DNA from: Bigelowiella natans CCMP2755
Lineage: Eukaryota > Protista > Cercozoa
Direction of reading: 5' to 3'
DNA: 64,000 nucleotides
Assembly (NCBI GenBank): GCA_000320545.1
Contig: ADNK01000255.1
Location: forward strand, 1 to 64,000
The notes under the pieces: generated by a model
Told to the model about the DNA's origin: nothing
The model's database searches: none
Seen by the model: only the letters and a program-made list of their open reading frames with translations
Part shown: piece by piece, positions 37,983 through 52,000 of the stretch
Layout of the letters: each line of letters begins with the position of its first letter
Numbering within the stretch: position 1 is the stretch's first letter
Translations under genes and position numbers: made by a program

Positions 37983-39659
37983 CCAATATATACACAAGCG
38001 CACATGCGTTGCATATCATAAGCACCACGCAACAAGATGTCTTACCATGATGAAACAACGACACAGGATGAGTTAAAGCCAGAGCCAAAAACAAAGACGG
38101 CCAACCCGGCCAAGAACAAGAAACAGCAGGGAATTCCACTTCGGGAGATTGTGCGCGCAAAAGCACAGCGTGAAAACGATGCGAAGAACAAAATCGGTTA
38201 CGATGACGAGGAGGGAGGTGGCGATACGTTGGGAGAGGAAGGATATCCTGACGATCAAGGTAATATGCCCCCAAGGCCGTCATCCACGTTCTTACATTTA
38301 CATTTGTATCCGCAATACAGGAAGCCAGATGGGCGTCAGCGCAAGCCCCCCACTCTCTATGACAAAGCGTAAGAAGATGAATCACGTTTGGAAGAAGAAC
38401 GTCCGCTGCTACGAGGAGCTGGAGGCTGAATACGATGAGATTGAGGCTAGAATGAAGGAGTGGGCCGTCGAAAATTTTGCAAAAGGACCAGCGATCACTC
38501 AGGCAAGGAACATTCAAAGCCTCAATGAGAAGGTGGGAGTGGGGAGTGTGAAGAAGACCTATAGTGATGTGAGGGGGAGGGAATGGAAAGTCTTGTTTCT
38601 CTTTTGTTTCTCGTCCCTTCCGCTCCGTTTTGTTGACCCTTCCTATGAGCCGCCCAATCGCTATGTCTTACGGCCATTATCGCCACCTCCAATGTGCACT
38701 CGTCATCATCATCAACACATGTTTGTTACAGGAGGACGCTTACTTTTGGGCAGTGACGAAGGAGAGGGACCCCGACGTGTGGCCTCGCAAAGGTGTCATA
38801 TTTTATGATGATGATGTTTATGTGTAAGATGATGATAATGATGATGATGATGATGATGGTGATGACGCTGCGACCTGATGAAAGGATGATGAAAGCCGGA
38901 TGGTGCGATGGCACTCGCTACTAGAGGCACATACGACGATTCATGCATTCTCATTCACCACGCCCTTATGATGATAACAAAGAGATTGTAATGTCTATAG
39001 CAAGCTGTAAAGTCATCGCATATCTTTTCCTTGGTTCCCTATCACGACCATATTCTTATCTTGTGTGTTGCTTCTTTTGTTGTCTCGTTTCTCTCTTCAC
39101 AGAGAACCCCCCGTTCCCGTATTGGATCGAGCAGAATCACGTCTTCCAAGAGCTAGTTGACATGCCCCTACCGTTTGAGGACGAGACGCCCGAGAAGCAT
39201 AAGACTGTGAAGTTTTACGCCTACCTCAAGGACATGGGCCTTGACTCTCTAGAGCAGGGAGTGTTCAAAGGTAGGTGGTATTTATATCACGGATGATCAA
39301 CTACCATTGCAGATATGCGATGACAACACAATAGAGCAAGTTACTACCACTCTGCTACTACTATTTTTGCCAGTATCACCGCCACTACCGCTATTAATAT
39401 GTACTTCTCCAATTCTTGTAGTAATACAAGTATTCGTAGAGAAGAGAGAATAATAGCCTCACTTCTGCTAGAGAATGCTAGCAGCGATGCTCTTACTCTC
39501 CATCGTGTTTGATATCAATCTATTCCTCTCACCATCAACAACAGAATTGGTTGGCGCTCGTTATGACGAGAAGACGGATATGGTCAAGTTTGTGTGCCGC
39601 AACTATCCTTCTAGGGTACGGCTCTGAATCTGTGATAGATGATATATTTCGTACACAGC

Positions 39660-39697
<38 letters not shown>

Positions 39698-40119
39698 GCA
39701 ACACATAACTCAGGAGCAAAATTTTGATGGAGTGAAGAAGCTTGCCTGGGAGGTAGTTCTCATGCCAGCACGCACTGAGGGAGATTGATGAGGATGAAAC
39801 CGAATAAAAAACTTTCTTTTCATTCACTATCAGGTATATGAGGAGACGAAGAAACTCTCGGATGAGATCAAAGCCAAGCCAGAATACTACGAGGAAGAGG
39901 TGCGCTGTTCTTAATTTCGCATCAAAACCTGCCTTTCATGCTGCTGCTATTTTGGCCTTTCGTTTCCAATATCGTCGTACGTTTTGACTGTTAATAACGA
40001 TTTGCATTGTATCTACAACAAAGGTCGAGATGCCAAAGCCCGTCGCCGAGAACATGGAACACATGCCCAACAGGCCTCTCCCTATCATCAGACAGACTCG
40101 CTTCAAGCGGATGTCCTAA
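37346..40119 (+). CDS. MRPS35: Mitochondrial small ribosomal subunit protein mS35 (MRPS35/Rsm24)
   Basis: Arg-rich presequence MAVGVRASVRRGGRRL...PRLFSS. The segment KTVKFYAYLKDMGLDSLEQGVFK|ELVGARYDEKTDMVKFVCRNYPSR|EQN matches the mS35 core KV.l.v.l.dLgL......l..L.G.RY....D.l......fp.r.QN. Stop TAA at 40119. Confidence 0.82.
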
Positions 40120-41072
40120 CCAAGCAGATGTCAACAACGTGCATTGCGTGTCGTGATCGTCGTTCATAAAGAGATGAATTTACGGAGCGAGGTGACTGGA
40201 GCTCAAGAGATGCGAATCCACGTTGGTGAATGATACCGCCGTGTGCTTGCTTTTTCGCAAAAGGTTTTCTCAACATGCACAGTTACATTCACTCGGTACA
40301 TTGAACATGCTGTGCTATGTGCTAGCAGGTAGATGTGCAAAAACATACAGATAAATTATATAAGGCATAGAAGATGTCACTTAATTGACGCTGGCTGGCG
40401 CAGCACAATACGCGATGGCTAGATGGCCGTACGTGTGCGACTGACGTGCACTTGTAATTAGATGTCTTCGATGGAACGTTGCGCAGTGAACACAACGCAT
40501 TTGAGCATACATTTGCCTGTCTAGCTATCGTGTGTCTATATGATGCACATATACACATATACACAACTTGGTGTGTGTTGTGCAATAAGTGACACACGCA
40601 TACAATAGCACTAGTGCATCGAGCTAGCCAATGCGTAATTCTAGGATTTTACAAGCCTGCTAGTAGCCTGCGCTTCTGTAGTGGTTGACTATAGTGTTGG
40701 CCAAGCTACGTTATGTTCCATGGGCATCATGTAGAGCCTAGATAGCCTAGGTAGCCATTATAATAACATTGTACTGCGGATCTAGAGACAATAGCGTTCG
40801 TCGAAGCATCGACCATACACTATTAGCGGCTACGTACTGCGCATGGACGTACATCGTCTAGATCGTATGCACACTATCGTGAACATAGCTTGTATTACGC
40901 AACTGCCAAGTGGTTAGTCATCATGCCAGAATGGAGGCAAGACAATTAATACTTTGGTAGTCCAACGTCGGGTATTATACTTCGACTTCAGTATATCAGA
41001 TTACAGGCGGCGTATACTGGCATCATGACGTTTGCTTCGAATGTTGAATCATGATTTACACTGCTCCTAAGC

Positions 41073-43361
41073 CTACTCCTTTTGCTTCTTTGCAGATTGT
41101 TCAGAAGCTCCGTTGGCAGAAACAACTTCGCCATTGGATCGCTTGACACCTTGCTTTTTGACCTAAGTGAGACGAGTAGGGTGAAAAGGAGAGAGAAGGA
41201 GCTGTTTTTAATCTGTTCTAAGATAGGGAAAACGAAGAAATCTTCACACGAATACTCAAATTCTTTTAGAAATCTGACTTCTCGTGTTCATAATTGACTA
41301 CTACTGACCTTTCCCACTACATCGTACTTTTCGGCGGCCTTTTCTCGGCCAAGCTGGATGAGGGCAGCATCGGCAACTACCAGCGCCGTCATCGTCTCTA
41401 CGATGGATACAGCGCGGGGCACCACGCACGGATCATGCCTCCCCTTCGCTGCGAGAGTAGTGTCTGATCCTATGATGATGAGAGGCGGATCATGTTAGTC
41501 AGGTGATGATAAGAACAGTATTAAACTAATGTGAGTCGTAAGATGGGGGGGTGGGAAGGGGAAGAATCTCTCTTTTCAAATTTTTCTTCGAGCAAAAAAA
41601 GGTGGATGATGAAACATTCCTAGTATCGCTGCTACTGCTGCTCCGCTACCGCGCTTTGTTGCAATCAACACACTGAAAAACAAACGATTTTGAGCAGATT
41701 TACCAGTGAAGTCGCACGTAGCCTGATCTGCGCCAATGGTGGATGGAGGCTTGAAGGCGATGCGGAAGACGATCGGCTCACCGTTGCTGATGCCACCCTG
41801 GATGCCGCCACTATTGTTCGTCTTCGTGCCGAGGCTCCCATCTTTCTTCTTGTAGAACATATCGTTGTGCTGTGATCCGCGAAGCGACTTCACGCCATCA
41901 AACCCTGAGCCTATTTCGAACCCCTTAGTTGCCGGAATGGAGAGCATTGCGTGTGCTAAATAAGGTGTATGTGCGAACCATTAAGGAGAATCAGAGAGTA
42001 AACGAATGAGCAAGATAAACGGTTCATCATTTCGTTAAATCGGAGCCATTATTGTTACCAATCTTAGCCTCGAGTTTGTCGAAGCAAGGTTCTCCCAGCC
42101 CAATTGGAGAGTTATATACTACGCACGTCAAGTGACCACCGATTGAGTCTTTGGCTTCCTGGAGGAGGAGAAAAGGAGGAAAAGGAAAATCCAGAAAATT
42201 TCAGCGTTTAGACACCAAAAGTACCACCACCCTCATGACCCCTCTCTTCTATACTTTTTGCTCGCCTTTCCTCTCCCCCTTTACTATTAATGCTGCATAA
42301 TCGTGTTGGTTGACACTCCTCCTCCTCCTCATCATCATCATCATGATCATTATCATTACCTTTGCTTCAACTATACGTTTCATCATTTTCTCCGCTGACT
42401 CTTGATCTGGACACCTCACGAGGTTCGAGTCAACCATCTCCCGAGTAATTTTCTTATACTCGAGCTCCTTGGGCGCCGTGACATCATACACACAACTTAC
42501 CCAGCACACGATCTCGGTGCCAAATGTCTCTTTCAGCCACTTTTCTGCAATCGCACCAGCGGCAACCTGCCATTGTAGTAGTACGAGAACACGAGTCACA
42601 ATCTTAGTATGACTCTTAGTACAATGGATGGCTAAGGCGAATCAGTTGAGAAACGCTATTAAAAGCTTTCCTCCTACAAGGAGGCCTATTTTATGTAGCC
42701 GCGTGTATAATCTTATTTTTGTGTAGCTTCAGCCGTACCCTTCCAATCGTCTCACGTGAGCTAGACCGCCCCCCCCCACTCGAGGCGCGGATGCCATATT
42801 TCTTCTGGTAGGTGTAGTCCGCATGTGATGGACGTGGAACGTCTGCCATTTCTTTGTAGTCTCCAGGACGTTGATCTTTATTGTGGACGAGGCACATAAT
42901 CGGGGTCCCAAGCGTATATCCCCCCTAGCAAATCAGCACCACATAAACATCAATGACTGATACAATCGAATTAAAAAACACAAGGCGAGACAGTAAGGAT
43001 AAAGGAATAATAGAGGTATAAGCTCGGCGGGGAAATCTCATAATCTCTCCACAAAGAATGACAAAAAAAGGGGGAACAGTACGTCGCCATAGTCTCGGCA
43101 ATACGCACTACTACGACGACAATCATCGTCACAGTACTTATTTCGTAATACCTCGGTGCCAGAGTAGATGGTGACCCTATCCTTCTCATTCCTAGGAGTC
43201 GTAAGATGGCTCTGCCCTGGGCGACGCCGGGTCAGCTGAGGCTGGATATCTGCTTCAGTTAGTTTCATGCGAGGAGGTACGCCATCTATGATGCACCCGA
43301 CTCCTTTGCAATGGGACTCGCCGAACGTTGTGACTCGGAAAGCATGGCCGAACGTTGACAT
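41073..43361 (-). CDS. aroC: Chorismate synthase
   Basis: [17 protein letters not shown]...LTRRRPGQS; PRPSHADYT...[13 protein letters not shown]|VAAGAIA; DSIGG...[12 protein letters not shown]; [16 protein letters not shown]; [21 protein letters not shown]; [16 protein letters not shown]. Confidence 0.97.
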
Positions 43362-44363
43362 CGTTGAAGGTAATCTGTTTTCTTCTAAATCAAATACTTG
43401 CGGGAACTATGTACAAAGGTCCTGAGGAGGCGAACAAAAGAAAATAAAGTTCAGCTAAATTTTAGGGGGGTCTGAACGATTTTGTCAGTTGTTTTTTCTC
43501 CACTCTTATATCAAGAGTAATACAACCCCACCTTGTACTCATCTGACCAATTTATCCCTATCATTTTTTCCAACTCTTTCCTTCCTCTCCCCCTCTCTCT
43601 CACCCTCTAAATTACAGCGGAAATTATTTGGTGTGTAGGGGGGTTCTCTTACACAACTTCGATGTGTGTGGCAGGCCGCTTTCAGATTTGGAATACAAAC
43701 TTTATTCGAACAAAATTCAAAAAATCTCCTTTAAACATTAAGCGACTTCGGTATTGTATTGTCGTAGATATCAAAAGGAATATTTATTGTTCCTTGTGGC
43801 AATCAACTCGGTAACGATACATCGTAATTTCATTGTACCAGAGTCGCACAAAACCCCCTACCTTTCGTCTGAGAATGTTCCCTTTTTCCTTGACGCAGAC
43901 CTCAAATGAGGGCTTGGGGGTCCACGTCGTCGGTACAGGAAAATGCTGGCCACACATAGGCGTGTGACATCTGGATCCTGCGACAAGGGAAAATACTGGA
44001 GAACCACCACAAATGTCCATGGTCCATGCGGTTTTCAGAGCATGCGACTATTAACTCATGCGGCAAAATAATACCAGGAGATCATCTGGGTTGGTGTGCA
44101 AGTCCGTGACCAACGTCTCTGCTCGTGTCGGTAGCGCGGAAAATTAAAATGAAGAAAGAAAAGACTTGTCTTAGCACATCTGCCTAGGAAATAGCGGGTT
44201 TTATTTATGACAATATTCATATTCCTTGAAAGAGGTAAGGAGCTCTGAATAATCATAGATGAAGTGAGTACAGCGTATTGTATGTGGATATTTAAGGGGT
44301 TATTAATTTCCCAAATATTACAACAATTTCAACATTTGAGAACTGCGTGAAAGCACCGACACC

Positions 44364-45316
44364 ATGGCGTCATCTGAGGAAAAGAAGCTCGATTTGGTCA
44401 TCGTCCAAGGGTCATACCGAGTTCCATGATCCTAACTCTGGCTGTATCAATAGAATTTGGTCTTATTGTTTTTGTGCACTACATCCCAGAAGGAGTGAGG
44501 ATGCAGAAAGGGCCACAATTCCCTTTTCCTTGGCTGGGGCCTCGGCGGTAAAAGATGGCTTGATATGATTGATGTTTTTAGTAACATATACATGTCGTTT
44601 ATTCCAGACGAAGCACGGAAAATCTGTTCAGGTCGTGTTAATGTTCGATGGAGCCAATCTGGTGCGTATTATTATGTTAAATCAGTGTCACATAAAAGTT
44701 AATTGGGAACTAAGGGCCTCGTCATATAGTTCTAACATCGATATGGATAATTTACATCGTCACTTCCCTGCATGGTGAATTGATTTCAGGCGATTCCAGA
44801 GACTTCAGAAAAGATTGTAGCTGGAAAACCCTTTGATGGCAACCTACTCGAAAGGATTCAAAATGTTATCAAAGCTGGAGGTAATAAGTAGTATGGGTAC
44901 ATCTTTGGATGCTCTTATGGATAGTTACACAGAAGTGTACATTTCATTCTGGTTGCGTGGTCTTTTGATGCTCGTGCACATATTTTGTATATAATTACCC
45001 TCATAATTCTAGTCAAAGTGGCAGTTTGCAAGCCCTGCTTGATGAAGCGTGGTTTATTGGATAAGAAGCTCATCGATGGAATTGAAATTATTTCCGGTTT
45101 GAGTTTGCTGCAATATACTTATGCAACGGAGAAGGTATAAAAATCAACCGTTTGTAATGAGAAGTGTAAAAGTGTAATCACGAGATGTTATAAATAGAGT
45201 GTGTAGATTAGCATGTTAATTGTGATGCGTGCATCTTGTGAACGTGCTTTCCCGATTGCACTGAAACTCGCTGGGATTATATGATTTGTGTTCTTCAGGT
45301 CTTGTCCTTCACGTAG
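44364..45316 (+). CDS. DsrE/DsrF-like family protein (about 129 aa, 6 exons)
   Basis: Exons 44364-44410, 44490-44547, 44608-44661, 44790-44880, 45013-45134 and 45299-45316 give MASSEEKKLDLVIVQGRSEDAERATIPFSLAGASATKHGKSVQVVLMFDGANLAIPETSEKIVAGKPFDGNLLERIQNVIKAGVKVAVCKPCLMKRGLLDKKLIDGIEIISGLSLLQYTYATEKVLSFT*. This fits the DsrE pattern ERA..PF, V.fl..DG, GV...vC.pC...RG and C-terminal vlsF. Confidence 0.88.
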
Positions 45317-45927
45317 AAAGAAAAATTCGAATATCTCCTCATTGTCATATCTTGGATTCACTCGCAACTGAGATTATTGGCGAAGAGTCAGAGGGCAATT
45401 GCCTTGAAGAATACATATGGCAAAGTATCGTAATGTAGGACATGCATCGCATACAGTGTCGTAGGTAGTGTCCTCCCTCTCTCTTTCTACGACGTTACCT
45501 GTTGCAAAGTTCAAAATAGCACTTGCTTCGCATGAAAATATAAAAAAAAAGTTGCAGGTGCATTTTGTGGTTGAGCGATGCGCTCTCGGTCGACATATCG
45601 GTCATGCTAGCATGCATGCGCAGGCCTATACGTACGTGTACTGTGCATGTCATTGCATGCAGCAGCGTTTGGCACCGTTTGCATTATATCGCACCGTGTC
45701 TATGCACATGGCATTATTATTTATACATTCATAGCATTCACGTTGGTTTTTTCTGGCAACAAAATGATCTGCAATTGTCATGCGTTTGTTGTAGATCACA
45801 GGCACTAGTCGACAGTACTAGAGATTATAAAATGCGCGGATATTATACGTCGAATCTATGCAATGATTTCTGTGACAAAATGTATTTTTTGCAAAGAGGT
45901 ACAACGGCCTCTTGCTAGCTTGCTACA

Positions 45928-48014
45928 TCATCGTCTTTCGTCAAAAGGCTGACAATAGTTGGCCAGTTTTTGCTCCCGGGCTTCTATCTCCCGCTCCTGT
46001 TGTTTTACTCGTTCTTCAGACTCGATTATGCCATTCCTCCACTCAGTGAGCTTTTCCGCTTGAGTTACAACGGTGGACGCATAAGGCTGAGCCTACACAA
46101 ATGATAAAACATTACAAGTCACCACGATTATGGCGATAACGACTAAATCAATCATGATTTATCATGAACAATTTACCCACCCTCCATGTGAATGATTCAT
46201 TTCATACGGTATTTTTTGATGATTCATTCCTATTTTCCTCCCATGAATTATTTATGCCAAAATTTAGGAAAGATTATGCAGAGTAATGTACAATTTGTAG
46301 GAGCTGATCAACTTGAGCCTGCCGGTCATGCATTTCTTGCTCGGTCTCCGCCATGGTGGTAGCCATTTCACGTGAACGCGTTTTGAGCATTGTGCGCTTC
46401 TTTTCGACTTGCCTTTCCTTTTCTTGGAGTTTTTGCCGAAGCGACTCCACCTCTGCGAGCTCCTTCTCGAGAACAGCTTCGTCCTTTTTCAGGACAACCT
46501 TTTCCTCCTCCACCTCACGCCGCGCCCTTTGCACCTCCTTCAAACTCGGTTGCAGGTTCTTACGCTCACGAACTGAGCTTTGAAGACCCTCTCGAAGTTG
46601 AATCCGCATCTTATCGATCTCTCCTTTGAGGGAGGCGATTCTCTTCGTCAGTGTGTCAATTCTCTTCTCTGTCATCCGTACCTCAATTTGCTTCTTACGG
46701 CAGCTCTGCTCTAGCGCATCTACCTTCTCACGTGATTCTGCCAGTCGAGCTTCCCGTGCGGCAATGTCTTCGATGCTTTTCTGCACAGCGGCATTCAACT
46801 GGTCCCCCCTAGCCCTGTATCGCTCTATCTCCTCCCCGTAAACTAGCTTACGGGCTTTCTTAGTCTGGACGGCATCCTCCAGCTCGAATACCGTTCTGGC
46901 TTGCTTCTCCTCCGCCTCGAGTGTCAACTCGAACTCGGACTCCTGCAGCATCAACGCCAGGCGCGCCTCCTTACGCTTTTGTAAAAGCAGCATTCTGTGC
47001 TCAAGACGTAACTTCTGCTGTTCTTCCTCATGCTCCTGCGCGGCTTCCCGTTCCCGACGGTCAGACTCTTGTATCACACGTGAAGCAGCGGACGCGATTT
47101 GCTGGAGAACCTGGCTACAGTTTTCGCGCATAAGACAAACTTTGTCGGCAACACGCTTCTTCAGTTCCGAAAAGACCCCGTCGTGATCACGTTTGGCACT
47201 CTCGAAGGCATTTGTGAGGGCTTTATACTCCTGGATACATTGCGGAAGTCCACAGAATACATCAAAAAGCACATACATTATCGCTTCATTAGCTTCCAGA
47301 CTGGGAAAATCGAAGAATAAACGTCTTGCAAAAGACGTAAGCGTTACAGATCCAAATTTCCAACTTCCCTCCCCCCCCCCCCCCCCTCCCCCTCTTTCCC
47401 TCAATAAACGCAAATATAGTTTCATGTTACAATTTTCATGCTTCCCTGCGTTTTTTTGCTTGAGCATCTCGTGACTAATGCACCTGTTAACCGACCTTCT
47501 CATCATTTTGCAGTGCTTTCTTCAGTTTCCCCAGTTTGGCCTGGGCATAAGGTTGTGGTCAAATTATTGCATATACGAGCTGAAAACCTCATCTAACCTC
47601 CTTTTTATTGCTCCCGTGTATTTTCGTTTCCTCTTCCAATAATTGAAATTTACCTCTTCGATAGCACACCGCTTCTTATATTCTTCTATTGCGTTTTCAG
47701 CTCGCATCCTGCAATATGAGCATTTTATTATCACTCACTTGACGGCACTTTCGGTTCTCGGAATAAAAGGAATATCCAAACACTGGGCCACCATACACCT
47801 TCAATATAACTTCTTTATACCTGTCGACCGATAAGTTTGCCTGCTTAGCTTGAAGATTTGCTTCATATGCTGCCAGATCATACTTCTTCCGAACGAGCTC
47901 GAGTGACCATGATTCCAAACGGCGTATGATCGTCTCTGCGGAAGAGCTGTGCCCCCCCTCTCCCTGCTGACCGACTTCGAAATGATCTCTACTATCTGCT
48001 TCCATGATGCCCAT
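45928..48014 (-). CDS. Long coiled-coil protein of unknown function
   Basis: E/K/R/Q/L-rich heptad-like exon at about 46.3-47.24 kb, upstream exons at 47.65-48.0 kb, and a last exon AQPYAST...ERR* ending at 45928. The start is uncertain. Confidence 0.65.
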
Positions 48015-48485
48015 CTCCCAGATGACTTGATTCCCCCCTCAGTTTTAAAGCGCTGTGCTGCATGCGTTTCAACTTCAGCCAGGCGGCCGTTAGCCTCGAG
48101 GTGTTCGATCTGCTTTTGGCCGGAAACGACGAGAAAGAATGTAGGTGGATTTGACCAAACGACAGCTATTTTTAGTTATTATTATCATTAATCCCCTTCT
48201 AATTAAAGCCTTTTTGTTGCCGAATTCAGGCGAGTTTTCATTCATTGTACTCGTAGGTAGTTCTCAGGATCAAAATAAGCCCAAAACGAGGGGAACAAAA
48301 GCCACTGCTGTCCTCCACTCTCGGGGGAAAGCCGAAAGTTCCGTGATTTGAAATGGGAAGAAATATATGCGGAAAACATCTAATTGAATATGGAAACTGA
48401 TCTTTCAGCACGGAACAAGGAACCGACCAGCAGCCAAATGATCGTCTGTTAAGCCGAGAATGTTACCCCACCCCACTTTGAACTG

Positions 48486-49003
48486 ATGTCTGATTCGAGG
48501 AGGATGGGATGGCATGCAGCCCTCGATCCGAGGAACAAGGGTGGCGGGTCTAGACCAGCGATTTCTTCGCAGGGTTACAATAAAAAAGGGAGCGCTCGCT
48601 ATTATCGAGGGACCTCGGCCGCAGGAACGCACAACTCAAAGGGGTCACCGATAGCAAGATTGCAACAAGATGGAGATATCGAAATGAAGCTTCTGAACAC
48701 GAATAAAGAGGTAATATCAAAGTCCCCTGGCTCAACGCTTTTCATGAAAGGCAACGTACATTGAATCGATTCATTAGGGTCCTCATTCGAACGACCATGC
48801 AAATCAGTGGCTTCTCCAACGGCTCAAGGTGCTTTAAAGACTTTGTTGCTCCAACTAGAGAGATTCTGAAAGGAAAATCACTTTTTAATTTCGTAAATTG
48901 GACAGATCAGTGTCGGGGATCGTGCGTCGGCGTACTCTTTCCCTCTCACCCAATATGTAAACTTTTGGTTACTTTTCTCGCCCTTCCCCTGCTTACAGAT
49001 CGC

Positions 49004-49045
<42 letters not shown>

Positions 49046-52000
49046 CCACCTCTAAAATCTATGCATGTTTGGTGTGATCTAACAAAAATCACTCTTCGGT
49101 GTATCATTAGGCGATTACGGAGATATTCTCTGCACCCGTAATAAAATAACTAATACAATAGCTGCTATTCTATTTATTTGTGAGCATGAAGATCTGAGTG
49201 ATGAATTGCTTTTGTACTGACCCCTTCCTTACTACTATTACTACATCTACATCGTGTTATCATCATTCGAAATCGTCGTCGGCATCACCATAGATGTGTG
49301 GAGCGATCCTAGCTTCTGGTAAATCCCCTTCGTTGTTCCCCTTTATTTTCAATCCTGCATGCTACTGCCATTATTTTGACAGCGTTCCATTTCAAAAATC
49401 TCCCTCTCCCCACCACCCTAACTTCCTGCTACGTTATAGCATGCCTGTTTGTGGGCTACCTGGTCATTGGAACACCTCACTATATCGTCGAGTTTTCAAT
49501 CTTGGTGAGCCAATCTATACTGCCTCTTTGGCTATTGTTGTTTCTCCTTGTAATTTGCTTTTGGTAGAAGTGTGTGTGAGGGGGAGGAGGGGGAAGAAAG
49601 ACAGATAAGCTACACAGTAACAACAACAACAACAACAATAATAACATCAACAATAACAGATGGCGAACATCGCGTGCAACGTCGCCTTTGCGCTCTGGAT
49701 GAGGGTAGGCCCAAACATTAAAAAAAAGACTTCTCTCACTGAGGAATTATTTGAGAACCCCCCCCCCCCCCCCCCCCCTCACCCCATTACTACAGCAGCA
49801 GCAGCAGCAGCTGTGACTGCCGTAGAAGTATCATTTTATTCCTTCACAAATGCTAGCAACCAGGAACATATAAATATACTTCCCTCCTCATGTTTCTACA
49901 CGATTTCTTTTCAGTATCTAACGGACACAGAGTTGACGCGTGTGATTACACATCGTCTCTCTCACCTAGTTTTCGGCGTCAAATCGAGGAGGTAGGCAAC
50001 AGCCAAGCTAAAAATAGTGAGAAGAAGAAGAAGAAGATGCAAAGGAGTATTGTTAGCATAGAAGCGGTAGTGGTAGCAGAAGCAGTACAGTAATGGTAAT
50101 AGTGCTTCTCTGTTCTTCCTCCATTGCATTTTTCTTGCAATTAATCGAAAAGAATACTAATCCCTAACATTTATCATCAGAGAGATTCTAGAAGAGAAGC
50201 GGCCAAATGCGGCCAATCTTGTCACTGCTATCAGGTACCTTTGCAACAATGTGCACACTCTTTCACTTACACACACACACACATACATACAAACACAAAC
50301 ACAAACACACATAAACCATATGAGAGATAGACAAGCGGTGTGTGTTGTATTTGTGTGTTGTGTTTGTGTGTGTGTTATTCAGAGATAAAAAGAAGATCAT
50401 GCTTCCAGCAAACCTCCTCGTAATATTTTACATGTTAAACGATGATTTTCTTCCAAAATAAGACGGAATCTGGGTGTATTGCTGGTTCATATTCATCGCA
50501 TCGCAAGTTTCATCTCCGTGCAGTCAAAATCCACTCTTTTCCAGCTCCAGTACAATAGATGCAGGGGAAGAGAATACGATTGAAAAAGCCATGAATCTCT
50601 TCTTGCAGTCCTTCGTTTCTAATGGAGATGATTATTGATGATGACGTGCACGATGAGGAATAATGATGGTGATGGTATGATAATCATCATGATGAGTCAC
50701 TGTTTGTAGATATACGGCGACCACATTCGGCTTGGGCCTGGCGACATCGTACCTGTGAATGTAGAGCCGGTAATTGCCAATGCACAAATGCTTTTCGTAT
50801 GATGCTTTGCGTGCTAGAAGGGGGTTGCTGCTTTGCTGTAGACACTGCGATTGAAAGGAAAAACGACGAGTGATAGTAATAGAGTTCTACATGGTAGCTG
50901 GTAGTGCTATATGCTAATTGGTGATCATGGCCATACTGGGAGGGTGAAGGCAGTTTGGGGGGGGGGTTTCAGTAGTAAAGAAGACAAATAGCAGTCTTGA
51001 GGTTGCTTACAAGACTGAATGTATAATTGAATGTATTCATGCAGTATCCAACACGCACTCTCGTCATAATACGTGTGTAAAGACGAATACACCAGCAAAG
51101 ACTTAATAACCTCTTAGATCAGCATCGTGGGTAACAGCACTGCAGCAGATGAAAAGAAGACGGCAAACATCAAGAAGAGGGCTTCCTCATCGCAAAAAGA
51201 TCAACGGAATGCGATTAAGCTGGAAGAGGAGGTGGAGGGGGGGAAGAAGGACGTGGACAGCAAGCTCATGGAAAAGTAACCCGACTTACACAAGCACACA
51301 CTGACACACTGACACACACACCCACACCCACACTCACACCACGACACGCAAACACCCATTTGCACGCGCAAACATAGCCATATACTTCCATTACCACCGT
51401 TTGCATCGTCCTCATCAGCACAAGCAGTAACCAGTCGCCAACAGTAATAATACGAAATAGCAATGACAGCAGCTGGCGAATAGCAGCTGAGGAGGATTTA
51501 TCAAAAGAGGATAAGGTCGATGGTGGCAGTGGTGGTGCTGCTGCTAAGGGCGTGAATAGAGACGGAGACCACAAGAATGGACAGAATAAGTTTAAGAAAG
51601 AGGATATGACGACTACTCTTGGTCTCATTGAAGCAAAACAGCAGCAGCAAAAAGACAACAGTGAAAGACACATCAGCAGCCGCGACCATAAGCTCTCTAA
51701 TGACAATAACAACAACAACAACATCAAATCATCCAATGAAACGACGACTAGTCGAATATCCTCCCAAGGACATTCAAGCTATGCCAAAAATACTGTACAG
51801 AATCAGCAGCCACAGCAGCTCAAGAAAGGCCAGATTATCACCCCGGAAAACGCAGGGTATTAATACAAAGGCAGGGGTGAGGGAATGAGGTTAAAAAGAA
51901 GATAGGAATAAGAGGCAAGAGGCACTGTAGTCGCCCTCCTAATACTACCATTTGACTGTGCTCCTTCCTTTCAAGCTCTCACCACCACCTTTTCCATTCC

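Noticed and set aside
1696-45316. Functional redox cluster (GrxB, G6PD, DsrE)
   Set aside because: The genes are tens of kb apart and interleaved with unrelated genes; there is no evidence of co-regulation.
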